64,000 nt of DNA from Eledone cirrhosa (Eukaryota). The position numbers were made by a program, and so were the translations under genes. Below are positions 1 through 13,937 of the stretch, in pieces. The notes under the pieces were generated by a model. That model was not told the origin of the DNA. It made no database searches and was given only the letters and a program-made list of their open reading frames with translations. Positions within the stretch are counted from its first letter, which is position 1, and the number at the start of each line of letters is the position of its first letter. The stretch covers positions 41,540,001-41,604,000 of the forward strand of contig OZ024742.1 in NCBI GenBank assembly GCA_964016885.1. Direction: 5' to 3'.

Positions 1-37
1 TTAGAAAGAAAATCGACAGAAGGAATGTAGCTAAGGC

Positions 38-715
38 TCATATGGCTGTGAAGATTAATTACTGATCAACAGAGATCAGTTACTCATATGGCTGTGAAGA
101 TCAGTTACTGATCAACAGAGATCAGTTACTCATATAGCTGTGAAGATCAGTTACTGATCAACAGAGATCAGTTACTCATATAGCTGTGAAGATCAGCTAC
201 TGATCAACAGAGATCAGTTACTCATATAGCTGTGAAGATCAGCTACTGATCAACAGAGATCAGTTACTCATATAGCTGTGAAGATCAGTTACTGATCAAC
301 AGAGATCAGTTACTCATATAGCTGTGAAGATCAGCTACTGATCAACAGAGATCAGTTACTCATATAGCTGTGAAGATCAGCTACTGATCAACAGAGATCA
401 GTTACTCATATAGCTGTGAAGATCAGTTACTGATCAACAGAGATCAGTTACTCATATAGCTGTGAAGATCAGTTACTGATCAACAGAGATCAGTTACTCA
501 TATGGCTGGGAAGATCAGCTACTGATCAACAGAGATCAGTTACTCATATGGCTGGGAAGATCAGTTACTTATCATTAGAGATGAGCTATTCATATGACAG
601 TAAAGACCAGCCACTGATCGTCAAAGATCAGTTACTTATATGGCTGTAAAAAATCAGTCACTGATCAACTGAGATCTATTACTCATATGGTTGTAAAGAT
701 CAATTACTGATCAAC
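38..715. repeat. 46-bp tandem minisatellite, ~14-15 copies
   Basis: Unit GATCAGTTACTGATCAACAGA+GATCAGTTACTCATATAGCTGTGAA (21+25 bp); CTGATCAACAGAG recurs at 62 and 108; outer copies are degenerate. Confidence 0.95.
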
Positions 716-1019
716 AGGGTTATAACCGAATACAAAAGGAGAAAGAAAGGCTTGAACATGGAAAGAACTGACTATCAGAAAGCTCCTGGCTGTATTCCCC
801 AATAGTGAATCCTGGAAATACTAACCACGAGTAAGATATCCCCAGTTATAAGAATATACACGAAACATGACTTGAGTAAGTGGCAAACAATTTTGCAGAT
901 ACAGACAAAAGAGAGAATTATAAAAACTAAACCCATCTCAATATGAAGAAGAATATTCCAAGAAATGCCCACTTATTTTTGTGTGGCTCTGTTACCTTTA
1001 GCTGACATGTTAAACATAA

Positions 1020-1630
1020 GTGAATTTGGATAGAAATTATATGGTAAGCCAACCAGCCACCTTTTGTATATGGACGACCTCAAGTTGTACGCTGCAGATG
1101 ATAGACGACAAGAAACACTACTGTTGATAGTACATGGCTCCACCAGAGATATTAAGAAAATGCAACCTTGAAGAGTGGAAAAGTAATTAAAAGCATTGAT
1201 GCTATATTAGATGAAGAAACTGAGATAAGAGAATTAGATCTAAAATAGACATTAAAAAAATAAAAAATTAATGAACTAGATAGTTGTACATCACATCCCA
1301 AATGAATGAAAAAAATATGAAAGAACACTATAGGAACATTAGATAAATATTTAAAGCAGAGCTAAATGTCAAAAATATAGTAATAGACATCAATATTGTA
1401 GCTGTTCAAGTAATAAGTTATAAGTACAAAGGTCTTAATTGAACGCTAAATTAATTAGCAAAACTAGATAGAAAAGAAAAAGAAAAGGAATTACAGTATT
1501 AAGGATATAGTTTCTCCAAATCTGCTATAGATAGATTATTTTTACCATGAAGACAAACTGATAAGGGTCTTATGCAATTAGAAAACCATTATAAAATTTC
1601 CACTGTAGAACTATATAAATATCTAGTGAA
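1020..1630 (+). mobile_element. Degenerate R4/Dong-like non-LTR retrotransposon RT fragment
   Basis: HLLYMDDLKLYA from 1058; downstream PKSAIDRLFLP..KGLMQLE; many stops and frameshifts; interrupted by a SINE. Confidence 0.75.
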
Positions 1631-1632
1631 GA

Positions 1633-1791
1633 ATAATTGTTTCTACTTTTGGCACAAGGTCAGCAATTACCCAGTACATTACTGGTACTTTATTTTATCG
1701 AACCCGTAAGGAAAAAAGGTAAAGTTAACCTCGGCGGGATTTGAACTCAGATCATAAAGGGACGTAACTCTATGCGTCAAAGCATGGTGTC
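1633..1791 (-). mobile_element. tRNA-derived SINE (family A, Meta-domain-like core), 5' truncated
   Basis: Reverse complement of GAGTTCAAATCCCGCCGAGGTTAAC..GATAAAATAAAGTACCAG..AGTAGAAACAATTAT, matching other copies in the window. Confidence 0.9.
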
Positions 1792-2336
1792 CTGGAGAGT
1801 TAACATGAGCTGAGAAACACGTACAGAACAAATTGAAAGGGTTTTCTTGCTTAAAAACCATTTTTTTTTAAATGAAGGCGAGAACAAATAGTCGGAAAAA
1901 TAAAGGAGAAACAATAATAAAAATTGCGAAAAGGCTAAAACAGGGCTATAGAATATGATATAATGATGTCAAGAAAAACCCTTATACAGGGGCGGTAGAA
2001 GCATTTCTGAATGAGGGGGGGATTTGGTTAATTTAGTTGTAGTTATTAGTTTAGCTTTTATTATGAAATATCAACCAAGATATAAAAAATTACAATATGC
2101 GATAAACATAACATGTACATAAATTGTAGCGCATATACAAATAGATGTGTATTTTGGTAGTTTGGGGAGAAAATATAATTGTTGGGGGAGGGGAGCATGC
2201 TTCTCCTCCCAGTTTCACCGCCCCTGTTATATGACCAATAACCAAACCTGTCAACTCTCCCCGCCCGGCGAGGAGATCCCACCCAGTTTAGGGTGGGTGA
2301 GAGATGTCTTCTCTTGTGAAAATGGATATACCTTTC

Positions 2337-2501
2337 GTGGATTGGCAGTATCGGTAGAGCAAAGAGTTACGGCCCTTTATGGTCTGAGTTCAAATCCCGC
2401 CGAAGTTAACTTTGCCTTTCCTCGTTACGGAGTCGATAAAATAAATTACCAGTAATACACTAGGATAATTGCTGGCCTTGTGCCAAAAGTAGAAACAATT
2501 A
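2337..2501 (+). mobile_element. tRNA-derived SINE (family A)
   Basis: A-box-like TGGCAGTATCGG, B-box GAGTTCAAATCC, shared core and ATTAT tail. Confidence 0.9.
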
Positions 2502-2689
2502 TGTAAAAATCTTCCAATTTTGCCCCATTTCTCCTCGTTTTGGGGCACTTTTTTTCATGGCACTCCTCGTTTGGATTTTTAGGGGTTGGCAGGTCTGAAT
2601 AGCCCCACAAAACTGAACAAAGAGGAAGGAAAATTCACAACACTGACTGTGAAGTGAAGGACTCAAAGCTGAAACTGGAGAATTCTTAA

Positions 2690-2900
2690 TTACGGCACAG
2701 GATTAAAGCCTCTCCACCAGAAACCCCTAAAAGTACCCAATGAAGATATTATCTGTAGAGTAAGTGGCAACAGGGAAGAAACAACCACATTGTCTCTTAC
2801 TACCTAATCTCAGCCAAGAAAGAATATATCCACAGACATGACAGAATTAGAATCAATTTAAACTGGGATTTATCCTAGCATTACGAAATACCAACAGAGA
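2690..2900 (+). mobile_element. R4/Dong-like remnant, zinc-knuckle/RHD region
   Basis: Degenerate CRV..EET..HIVS..KEYIHRHDRI..LNW. Confidence 0.55.
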
Positions 2901-3759
2901 AGAGGTTCTGTAGGCAGAGGTGGTGGAACTGCTGGGGGGGGGGGGGGGGGGTCCCCCAATAACGATATTTTTCTCCCTAAGCTACCAAAACACACATCTA
3001 TTTGTATATGTGCTACAGTTTATGTACATGTTATGTTTATCGGATATCGAAGTGTTTTATATCTTGGTTGATATTTCATAATAACAATGTAATATATTAT
3101 GTTAACATTCATAGCAAATTTTTTTGTCATAACTTTTTCTCTACATATCACTATTTGCTAATTACTAGATGTGTATTCAGAGACAGATTTCAGAGGTCAT
3201 TTTACTATAATCACTTTATAATTATTGAAAGCTGCAAGTGAAATATGACCTGATTGGACTCAAATTACATTTTCTGACCATTTTAGAGTGCAAAGAACTA
3301 AACTAATCACTACAACTAAATTGGCCAAACGAGATGGGGAGGGCGAGAGAGACGGGGGTGATGACAGTGGGAGTTTGACTCCTCTGTGTTCGGACCTGGT
3401 GTACATGTGTGTGTATTTTTACACTAACGACCCCACATAACAAAGGCTTTTACAAACATAGTAGTTTGCATAAAAATCTTATTTGAATTGAAAGAAAGGC
3501 TTGTGTTTGATTTATGTATCATGACTGATACATGAGTTAGGAGGCATTTCTTAGTATTTATTGACAACAACATCTAGTCGATTAGCACTGATCTCCTTAT
3601 CTATATGTATTGGCATATGGCATATTCCAGAATATGGTCACTTTGTTAGTCTCTGACACCTTTTCTGATGTATATCTACCAGGGGCAGTGGAAGTATTCT
3701 GAAGTGGGCGAGACGCCTAATTTGGCCAATTTAGTTTGGGTAAATAGGGTCCCACGCGC

Positions 3760-3985
3760 TGGCCGCCCCACGGCCCGGCGGACAGAATGGAGAAGGCGTT
3801 TCCCCGGAGGATGGTGAAGAAGATGAGCTAGAAGAGCCATTCCATATCGCGAGGCTCACACCTGCGGTTAGCCAGCTCAGCGCCTATGGTGGTGAGTAGG
3901 GAGGTGACCCTAGGACCAAGGACACCAGAAGTTTCCACTGCTAGGGGCTCGACAGCAAACCTGTCGGAGAGCGACCGATATTGGA
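3760..3985 (-). mobile_element. CRE-clade non-LTR retrotransposon, RLE endonuclease C-terminal fragment
   Basis: YRSLSDRFAVEPLAVETSGVLGP..EPRDMEWLF; paralogous to 44215-44535. Confidence 0.7.
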
Positions 3986-4192
3986 GAGAGAAAGCCTTTC
4001 TTGGTAACTCGAATCTGGTTTCAGAAAAAAAGAAACAATCCTTATAATATGTGCCTTGGGAATGATAAAAACAAATATGCGGAAAAAGCAACTTTATTTC
4101 CAGGAGATAAGATTTCTAAATAATCTCTCACTATAAACCACACGAACGGGTGACAACTCATGGTGTTGTCTCGAAAGTTGCACCACGTAAGT

Positions 4193-4234
<42 letters not shown>

Positions 4235-4379
4235 TGGGGGTGTCTTTTTGGTGGTGGTGGTGGGTAGTGGCAGTGGTGGTGATAGTAGTAGTAGTAGTTT
4301 TTAAATAGACACAAGCGGCACAATAGAGTAAATTGTTCCTAAAAAAGCGAAGTTCCTAGAAAAATGAAGTCTGTCTTAA

Positions 4380-4605
4380 GCCAGAAGGCTCATTTGGCCG
4401 GAGCTTATCCCGATTTCATGGCGTAGAAGACTCCCCCCTGGACAGGACGCCAGTCCATCGCAGGGTTAAACCCCCAGCTATTGCTGGTACTCATTTTCAG
4501 CTGAGTATACTGGAGCAACATGAAATGAAGTGTTTTGTTCAAGAACACAACACGCAACCCAGGAATCGAACCCACGACGATTGTAAGTCCAACACCCTTA
4601 CCACT
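4380..4605 (-). mobile_element. tRNA-derived SINE (family B, CORE-like body)
   Basis: Minus strand GGTTCGATTCC B-box, then GTGTTCTTGAACAAAACACTT and CCCTGCGATGGACTGGCGTCCTGTCCAGGG; related heads near 4965, 33210 and 61258. Confidence 0.75.
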
Positions 4606-5112
4606 TTTCCACAGAAAAGTGAACTTAACCTTGAATTTGCATTTAGAAGGTAAAGAGTTCAAACACAAGCTGGAAGGCCTTTTGTTCAATGCTCTGACGA
4701 CACTGTGAAGTAAACGTGGTCGAGCGTCTCAGTAAATAAACTGAATGAGGCGTTCTCACCCTTCCTTTCTGTAAACAATTCTCTTACATGTTTAAAACAG
4801 TCTTTCACTCGCTGTTAATAGGATGCCGAATTAGCAGGTCAATCATACTAGGAATGTCGGTTACAATCCTTTGCCATGTTCATTCCGGCTCTCTAAGTTC
4901 AAATCCCGTCTACTCTGCTTCTTCATTTCTTTCGATGGTTAAAGTGTTTGTTCACGATCGTAAAGACGCGAGTTCGATTTACGGCGACGCGTTGTGTCCT
5001 TGAGCAATATATTTTATTTCCTGTTGCTCCAGACAGCTCAGTTGGAAAAAAGAAAAGTTATACCTGTAATTTAAAGGGCCAGCCTTGTCACACAATATGT
5101 CATGCTGGCATT

Positions 5113-5770
5113 GGTTAAATAAAGAAGAGACTGAGGGATTGGTCCTAGCAGTACAAGAACAGACTCCACGGTTAAATTGGATCAGGGCAATGATAGAGAT
5201 AAGTAAATATGCAGCTAAACCGATGAATCGTAATTTTAGAATGTTCATATTTAGTTTAAAATGAGAACAAAAGTATAGACACGATAAAATAGCTGCAATA
5301 CTCAACTGGAAGTTCTACGACAGATACGGCTTTGCATGCACAGAAAATAATTCTGGTCAGTTTATGGGAAAGGATATGAAAGTTCCAGAAAACAACTCAA
5401 TGAGACTTATGGAACTTTTACATTCAAACCGAAAGGAAAATACAGCACAAGCCGGATATTATAGAGGTTGATTAAAGAAGAAAATTTACCTGAGTAATTG
5501 ACGCAGCATGTCAATTTGATACAAGAATAAAAAATTAAAAAAGAGAAAGAAAAGGCAAAACATTACACTGATATGAATTATAAAATCCTTAAGTGCTGAA
5601 AAAAAGAAAAAAGAAGCTAACAAGTGCATGGTCTTGCTAATTGTCATTGGAATATTGGGAACAGTCTCAAAGTATTTAAAATTAAACCTTAGAATGTTAA
5701 ACCTAAATCTGGAAGTGGATATGATGCGAAAACGTTGTTTAATTGGATCAGCAACAATTATTTGGAAATA
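5113..5770 (+). mobile_element. R4/Dong-like remnant, RLE endonuclease region
   Basis: EETEGLVLAVQEQ, RHDKIAAILNW, KPDII, IDAACQFD..KEK..Y, IVIGILG motifs with frameshifts. Confidence 0.7.
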
Positions 5771-7482
5771 GAAGGGATGACCACCCAGCGGTGACTTAGG
5801 AACCCCACAAATCCTAAACCACCCGACGCTCGAAGAGCATCCTAGGAAGGCGCCCCTCTCCTCTCTAAATCAGCCAGCCTCTAGGCATATGCTTAGAATA
5901 GGTCCATTCACATGGGCCATTCTCGCCATATTCGCCAACCTTTTAGCAAATGTACTGGGGGACAGCACTTCTCTCTCCACCTTCACCTTCCTTTTCAAGC
6001 GAAACTTGAAAAATTTGATGAGGGATTGGCCGAAGAGAAAAGTGTCAATCTTCAGTCCTTTCAACCTGGTCCACCACACAACCTCTTTCGCTACCGCCAC
6101 CAGACAGAGGAAAATTGCCGGCCCTTCCTGGCCAAAAAAAGCGGCGGGGCGATCTTCACTATGCACTTGACCGATTGCCGGATCCGTCCTGCACGCGACA
6201 ACATTTGGTCGACATAACTCCACAAGTTAGTAATGCACGGACACTGGACGAGTGCGTGCAGAACGCTTTCGTCGCTCTGCGCGCATCTCGAGCAGGTCCG
6301 TCTGACAGCACTTCTGTACCTGTAGAGCTTATCTCGAATCCGCAGTACTCCACGGTAGCACTGCCAAGTGAGGGATTTCTGGACGTTATCCATAGTCCCC
6401 GGTTCGAAAGTCCTCCTAATAGACTGGTCAGTTCGACTTCGTCGACGCCTAGAGCCTCTCTGAGTGCGTCGTCGCACTTGCCTACCACTAATTCTCTATA
6501 TAACTCGAGAGTGGAAATTCCACTGACCACATTGCCCGCCTGGTAGAGGGCAGGGAGCACCTGACAACATTCCATATGCTAGGCGCCCAGTCTCGATCTC
6601 TTCTTGACCCATGACAGCAGCTCCATGTATCGATGGTCAACCCTAATGAAAGCTTTCGATTGATATAAATTGATCAGAGCCCCACCAAAGCCAGGTTTAT
6701 ACCCTACCCTCTCTATGATATATCCCTTTAGGTGGAGGTTGTCGTGTAAGGATCTGGTCGGGATTGAGGAAGTTTGTGCCTCCCATACCAAATCTTCGAC
6801 AAGCGCCAACCTATTATTGGCCAAAATCCTGGTTTCGCTGAAGGCAATCACATCCATATCTAAAGACCTGAGGTTGTTGAGCAGGTGACCCCAGGTCACA
6901 GACATTTATACATACCACTCTTAGGATCGCCACGTCCCGAGAAAAGCTCTCTCTAATTCCTTTGTAGGAATCGAGCGTCGTTCGTACCAGAAACAAATCT
7001 TCTGGCAAGCAAAATGTCCCCGATTAAAAAATCTCCCCCGCTTTCTGAATTTCTTCGTACTGTGAGGGCCATCAATTTCTTGTTGGCCTTTCTGATAAGC
7101 ACGAAGTTTTGTATGTTTTGTTGCATGTTTTGTATGTTTTGTTGCATGTTTTGCATGTTTTTGTATGTTTTGTATGTTTTGCATTTGGGTGACTGTGGTG
7201 TTGATGGTTTTGTTGGTATTGTTTTGAGTGTATCCGTGTTTGTTGTGGGTGCGGTGTCTGCGTTTTCAGATGTCTATGCATTTGTTTGTTCTTATGTCAG
7301 CTTTTGTTGTTTGCGTTTGGGGGATTGGGGTGATGATGGTGGTGGTATTGGTATTGATGGGGAGGTGTTTGAGTGGGTGGTGTCTGTATTTTTTGTTGTG
7401 GGTGTTTTTGTACTGTGTGGAGTTTTTTCTTTGAGTGTTTTGATGGTTTTTTTTTGTTTTAGGGGGGGTTGGGTTTTTGTCC

Positions 7483-7528
<46 letters not shown>

Positions 7529-8125
7529 CTTAGGAGGGGGGGGGGGGCTTCTCTCGTTTTTCCCCTGGGCTTGTTGTGTTTTTCCCCTGGGCTTGTTGTT
7601 GTGCTGGTGAGGGTTCAACTGTTGTTGCTGCTATTGGTGGGGCTGCTGGTGTCGGTGTTGCTGGAGCTTACCGTCCCGGCACTGGCGTTGGCAGCAAAGG
7701 AGGCTTGCGGCCCCCTACATTTTTGAGCTGAGGACAGAAGGCTCACAGATGTGTTGCTTCGCCGCTGACGAAGCAATGTAGCCTTCTGTTCTCAGTAAAC
7801 AACTCTATTGTTGACACATCCTGATGGCGGACATGACCACGGATGTTGTTTAGCTGTTCCGGTTTGATTTGGAGAAGAATCTCCAAATCTATCCCGGACC
7901 AGTCCTCTTTCAGTCTTTTTGACATCTATGAGGGTACTGTCGGTACTCTCCTCCCCACCATGCACCCCAGGAGCCACCATAGGTTCAGTCTCAGTGGGAT
8001 CCTGGGAATGTAGACCATGACTGGTTTTTTTGCCTTGTAGGACAGGTACATAATTATGCGGTCCGATCTGTAGGAGGCCACGGAGTGCTTCTATCTCGTC
8101 CTTGATGTATTTCAATGCAGCCTCT
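5770..8125 (-). mobile_element. Internally deleted Tx1-like (L1 group) LINE
   Basis: ORF1 remnant with knuckle CFVSGEATHL..C; APE start fused to RT pieces (IPTRSLHDNLHL..QSKAFIRVDH); C-terminal zinc finger; homologous to 55211-60869. Confidence 0.85.
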
Positions 8126-8145
8126 ACACACACACACACACACAT

Positions 8146-8186
<41 letters not shown>

Positions 8187-8612
8187 GTCTATGTTCACGT
8201 TTGTCTCTGTTCCTGTCCCGTAACTTAGCGGTTCGACAAAAAGAGATAAAAAATATAAGCACTGGGATCAATATGACTGACTAAATCCCTTCAGAGCGAT
8301 ACCTCAGCATGGCCGGAATTTAATGACTAAAACCAGTAATTGAATAAAAGGTATAACTGACTACAAATTTAAGGGGCTGCTTAATTCACAGTGGACGGAA
8401 GCGTAGCCAAATGGTTAAAAAATTCACTTCAAACTCTAGTAATTTTAGATACTTTTGTACAGAAATATACCGCCCAGTCAAGTGTGTAGAGTTTGTTCCC
8501 CCGCCATCTCCCTTTGCCATTTTTCATTATTAAAATTTTCTTCTCGCCCTTATTCTTCTTGTTGATTATTTCAATCTCGTTTTAAACATACTTTCATTAT
8601 TGTATACCTCTA

Positions 8613-8831
8613 AGGCAGTGGATTGGCAGTATCGGTAGAGGGTCGGACGCCTTGCTTTGCAGCAAAGAGTTACGGCCCTTTATGATCTGATTTCAAATCC
8701 TGCCGAGGTTAACTTTGCCTTTCATCCTTACGGGGTTGATAAATAAAGTACCAGGCACGCACTGGGGTCGATTTAATCGACTTTCCCCGCCCCTAAAATT
8801 GCTGGCCTTGTGCCTATATAAGAAACCATTA
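8613..8831 (+). mobile_element. tRNA-derived SINE (family A) with TSD
   Basis: Full copy flanked by the direct repeat ATTATTGTATACCTCT. Confidence 0.92.
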
Positions 8832-9120
8832 TTGTATACCTCTGGTGGTTAATAAATAATTTTTTTTTCAGATGTGGTTATATATTTGGTTGTACAACAA
8901 ATGCTTAAATTAAGAAAAAATTGTTAAACTTCATTTTATTTTTGACTACGTTGAACTAACTATGACAAAAAAAAAAAAAAAAAAGGAAAGGAGCTGATCA
9001 TCTGATGGGTCAAAGAAATAATGTTTCCATTTGTCTTGTTGTTTCTATCTGCCGGTCATAACTCCTGACAGAAGGAGCCACGTGCAATAAAGTATTTTAC
9101 ACAATCAACATCGCGTCGCC

Positions 9121-9263
9121 CGGTCTGAGTTTAAATCTCGTCGAGGTGAGCATTGTCTTTCATCCTTATGGGGTCGATAAATAAAGTACGAGTAACGCAC
9201 TGGGGTCGATTAAATCGATCCCCCTACAAGTTTGTGCCCTTGTGCCAAAAGTAAAAACAATTA
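9121..9263 (+). mobile_element. SINE family A, 5' truncated
   Basis: B-box remnant, shared core and tail. Confidence 0.8.
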
Positions 9264-12200
9264 TGTCAGTCAATAGTAGAATCAATTATTCGCCAACAGT
9301 ATGTGGTTCTCTGGATTTGTTAGTCAAGTAAGAGGCACTGATGCAGATAAAATCATATTCAACAACGTCAACTGTTTATAAAATAGATTCGAAAGAGCTT
9401 TGAAATTGTTTTGCCAGCTTGAAGTTTTTGAAATGCCCTTTTCATCTTGAAAGTTTCATTGGAAAACACCTTTTAGCAATTCACTCCACATTGATAATAA
9501 CTTATTTGCAGTTTTAGAAGTATTTATACGCGATTAACGAGAATAATTATATTTGTATTTGTGTTTGTATTATGTATGTATCAACAAAGTTCACCAAGCT
9601 AGCAGCAAGTAATATTTTTAGCAGCGGGTAATGTCAACGAGAATATGTAACAACAATGTATTTGTTTGTAATTGATATATCAATACATGTAATTTGTTAT
9701 ATCAATACATGTAAGTTGAATTGAGGTTTCGGGCTGTAAGTCCCAGGTTCTGTTGGCTGCTGTAAATATAACTCTGGAAAGAATCTTTCCATATCACATT
9801 TAAAGGCAATGGCTGTGGTAAATAGCATCACAATATTTTGGCATGTGTTTACATAATTTATTAACAAAGGTTAAGAGCTGGATTAAGCTGGCATGCCCAA
9901 ACAAATGAAACAAACCAATCAAGACTGCAAGAGAAGGCACGGTCCACTGGCTGAAGTATCAGCCAGACCGTGGTTACACTGCTGAAGTTACATGTTGGTT
10001 ATGTTTGCGGAGCAAAATAAGAATTGGATTTTAGCTTACCACAGTCAAGCTGCAAGAGATCGAATTTATTAAAAGAAGCGGGAAATTCTCGCTCTGGGCG
10101 GAAGTTGAAAATACATATCCGTGCGCGGATAGCGATTAGATTAACTTAACTTAACTTAACGGACAGCGTATCAATGCGCCAAAGGAAAATAGCTTGCTGC
10201 ACAGTGATGGAAATGAGTTTGGAGAACTAGGCATAGAGTAATCTTGGATTTATGGCCAACGGATCATTGACAATTAAATAGTATTATGAAAACAATTAAT
10301 TTCTTTCTGTTTCATTTTATTATCTCACTTTTTTTGTCAATTAACATTTTATTTCGGTTTCTTCTCTTCCACTTCGTTATTGGTCATTTTATATACCTAT
10401 TTCGAGGGCCGGATTTAACGGCGGCGGAAGGGATGAATGTCCGGAGCACGCCTTGTCAAACAGACCCCTCTAGGAACAGCCCTGGTTCCTCCAAGCCGGA
10501 ACTGCCTCGAGCTCCCAAAGGTCTAAATATGGCTCTGTCTATATCAGTGATTATTTTAACACACATTTGTCCCCTGCTTGTGTAGTTCTAAATCTAATTT
10601 AGTACAGTAAGTTTATACTGTGTGTTGAATACCACATGCGCTTACATGCAGGGCCTATGAAAGGGGGATCCAGCCGGTACTTTGTTCCGGGCCCAAGAGC
10701 TAAGAAGGCTCCACAGCAACCATGCAACATCCATTTTGAGAAAAATCTGTGTCTGCTTCGTGCCCCCAAAGGGTCATGTACCGCCTTGCAAAATTTCTCT
10801 TGGAGGCCCTGCTTACATGGTAAGTGATGGTTAAGAGAGATTTAAAACCATAAAATGTTTTAAATGTTTCACAAACTCAGAGAATATCAAGATTTGGGCA
10901 GTTCTAAAATTCTCTTTAAATAAACCGGGATCCATATGGAAAGATCGCCATTAATGACCGCTTCTTTCAAGATAAAAAGACCTCGAAAGGATAATATAAT
11001 CGGGGGACCCACGTTAAGTGCTTTATGCTATATAGTACTATATGTCACTTTAAAAAAAGGGCCCTTTTATAGTAAATGCTACAGGCGCCGCACTAACCCA
11101 TTCGGGCACTGCTATTAGTGTTCTATACTTTTTGTACATGTTTAGTACGACTTATATCAGAATACTACCATACTGAACAATGAAAAAAAATGTTCTATTT
11201 TACGTCTTTCAGGCACTACATGGTGTGGCAGCGAGTCAAAGGGACGCGAAATTCGCTGGAAGTTGTTCTTTACCCTTACGTCAGTCCTGATCGAGCAGAA
11301 CTAAAATTAAAGGCGTTTCAGCTGTGACTATTTCGTCGTATTTTTTTTTCAGTCATTGTATACCCTGTCGTATTTTTTTTTTTTTTTTTTTTTGGTAGTG
11401 TATGTATTATTGAAAGGAAATAAAGCTGCTATTTTTAGCGTATTGAGTAGCCACTTCAAGTCTGACTCGAGTATCAATTTCAATATCATATATTTTTCAT
11501 TAAACTTAGCCGAAATATGCACCGCCTTTAACTTCCTGAATCAAGTGTAGTCTAAAAATAAATACATAGTATGATTTGTAACTTGTATAACCAGTTTGCC
11601 TCTTTGTTAACTGTGTGAGAATGATAAAAGAGTATTAGTTGACAGTAACTGTTTCTTCTGCCACGACGTTGTAAACATTTATCATTTATACGTAAGTTTA
11701 TTTCAACTTTGTTTTTTATTCCAACCAGAGTAGATAACAGTATATTTCTAATTTGTAATTCAATCGACTTTATACACTTTGTTAGCGTGGTTTACAACTA
11801 GGCTGTTTTAAGATTTGATCACACGGCACGTCACTGAACAAGTGTCTTTCATTCATAAGATCGGATTGACTAAAGCTATGTGGGTGAAATTTAGTAGGCA
11901 CAAATTGCGTGGAAGCCCGTAGAAGAGACTGTTTCTATTCTTGATGAGTTGATTTAATCCGTCGTCCTCTTTAAGATCATTACCTGGCCTTTTGGGCCTT
12001 TTGAACCTTTGAGACTAGGTCTCAGTTCTGAGAATAGCGTTTTTTTCCCTTCTTCCCACGAGTCACAAAGATCATGGAAAGAGTACAGGTCGCTGTTTTT
12101 ATTCTCTTATAAAACATGATTGTTAACATTGACAAAAGGATATAACTGTTTAGAGAATCGACACCGAGCTGTGGTCTTAATACATTCAGGTAATTTAGTT

Positions 12201-12486
12201 ACTTATCTTTACATTTGGAATTCTAACTCCAACAAGTCCCATATTATCTTTTCTTACGGCAATGCTGTGTGTTGGTTTGCCGCGAAAATCATTAGAGCTC
12301 CAGCGATCCCTTGTAACATATCCTTCCACTTTTTTCAATTTCTCTCTCTAAACTATTTATTTGTATTCAAAATTATGTGTTTAACCAATATCTGAGAAAT
12401 ATGAATACTGGAGAAATACTGTGTCAATTAAATCGGCCCCGCCCTTCTCCAAAATGCATAGATTTGTGTCAGATTTACAATTCAAC

Positions 12487-13533
12487 AAATCCCGCCGAGG
12501 TTAACTTTGCCTTTCATCCTTACGGGGTCGATAAACTAAAGTACCAGTAATACACTGGGGTAATTGCTGGCCTTGTGCCAAAAGTAGAAACAATTATTAT
12601 ATTCAGAATTCAAATCACGCTTAGGTCAACTTTACTTTTCATCTTTCCAGTGTCGACATAATTGCTTACCCGACCTTCTCACCAACAATTTTCTAGCCTT
12701 GTGTCTATGTTAGAAATTATTATTATTGTGGCGAAAATGGGACGGTGAATTGGTAGTATCGGTAGAGAGTCGGATAACCTGTTTCGCGGCATAGAGTTAC
12801 GTCTCTTTCGTTTCTGAGTTCAAATCCTGCCGAGGTTAGCTTTGCCTTTCATCTTTACGAGATGAAGAGTACCAGTAACGTACGTTCCCTTCCACGCAAA
12901 ATTGTTGGCCTTGTGCCTAAATCAGAAACCATTATTATTTGGCAGTATCGGTAGAGCATCGGACGCCATGCTTTGTAGCATACGGCCGTTTATTATCTAA
13001 GTTCAAATCAGGCGGTGGATTGGCAGTATCGGTAGAGGGTCGGACGCCATGCTTTCCAGCATAGTTACGTCCCTTTACGATCTGAGTTCAAATCCCGCCG
13101 AGGTTGACTTTGCCTTTCATCCTTACGGGGTCGATAAAATAAAGTACCAGTAATGCACTGGGTAATTGCTGGCCTTGTGCCTAAAGTAGAAACAATTATC
13201 TAAGTTCAAATCCCGCCGAGGTTAACTATGCCTTTCATCCTTATGGGGGTCGATAAAATAGAGTACCAGTCACGCACTGGGGCCGATTTAATCGACTTTC
13301 CCCTCCTCCCAAATTGCTGGCCTCGTGCCTATATAAGAAACCATTGTGGATTGGCAGTATCGGTAGAGGGTCGGACGCCATGCTTTGACGCATAGAGTTA
13401 CGGCCCTTGCCATTCTGAGTTCAAATCCCGCCGAGGTTGACTTTGCCTTTCATCCTTACGGGGTCGATAAAATAAAGTACCAGTAATACACTGAGTAATT
13501 GCTGGCCTTGTGCCAAAAGTAGAAACAATTATT
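12487..13533 (+). mobile_element. Cluster of ~6 tandem or nested family A SINEs
   Basis: Copies at 12487-12598, ~12605-12720 (degenerate), 12740-12936, 12940-13344 (split by the 13011-13199 copy) and 13346-13533. Confidence 0.9.
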
Positions 13534-13791
13534 ATTATGCCGAAAGGGGTTACGGAGTCGACTCGGTTGAAAGGGTTGTGGACAGACACTTTCTTCTTCC
13601 GTCTGGCCCAGGTTAACCATTTCAAGTTTCACTTGAATTGGCCACGCGACTAAGGAAACTTCTTGTTGAGTCAAACAATGCCCAATGTTAAAACTATCTC
13701 GATACGGAGTACTCATAACCTATACATGGATTACCTTAAACGATATCTCGTTAACACGTAACTAAAAGTGAACTAAGCGAATAGTCTATAA

Positions 13792-13937
13792 ATAATTGTT
13801 TCTACTTTAGGCACAAGGCCAGCAATTACCCAGTGCATTACTGGTACTTTATTTTATCGACACCGTAAGGGTGAAAGGCAAAGTCAACCTCGGCGGGATT
13901 TGAACTCAGATCGTAAAGGGACGTAACTATGCTGGAA
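13792..13937 (-). mobile_element. SINE family A, 5' truncated
   Basis: Reverse complement of the 13011-13199 copy. Confidence 0.88.

Noticed and set aside
38-715. CRISPR-like periodicity
   Set aside because: No unique spacers, no cas genes, eukaryotic context
13011-13199. tRNA gene
   Set aside because: A/B boxes belong to SINE heads; no cloverleaf
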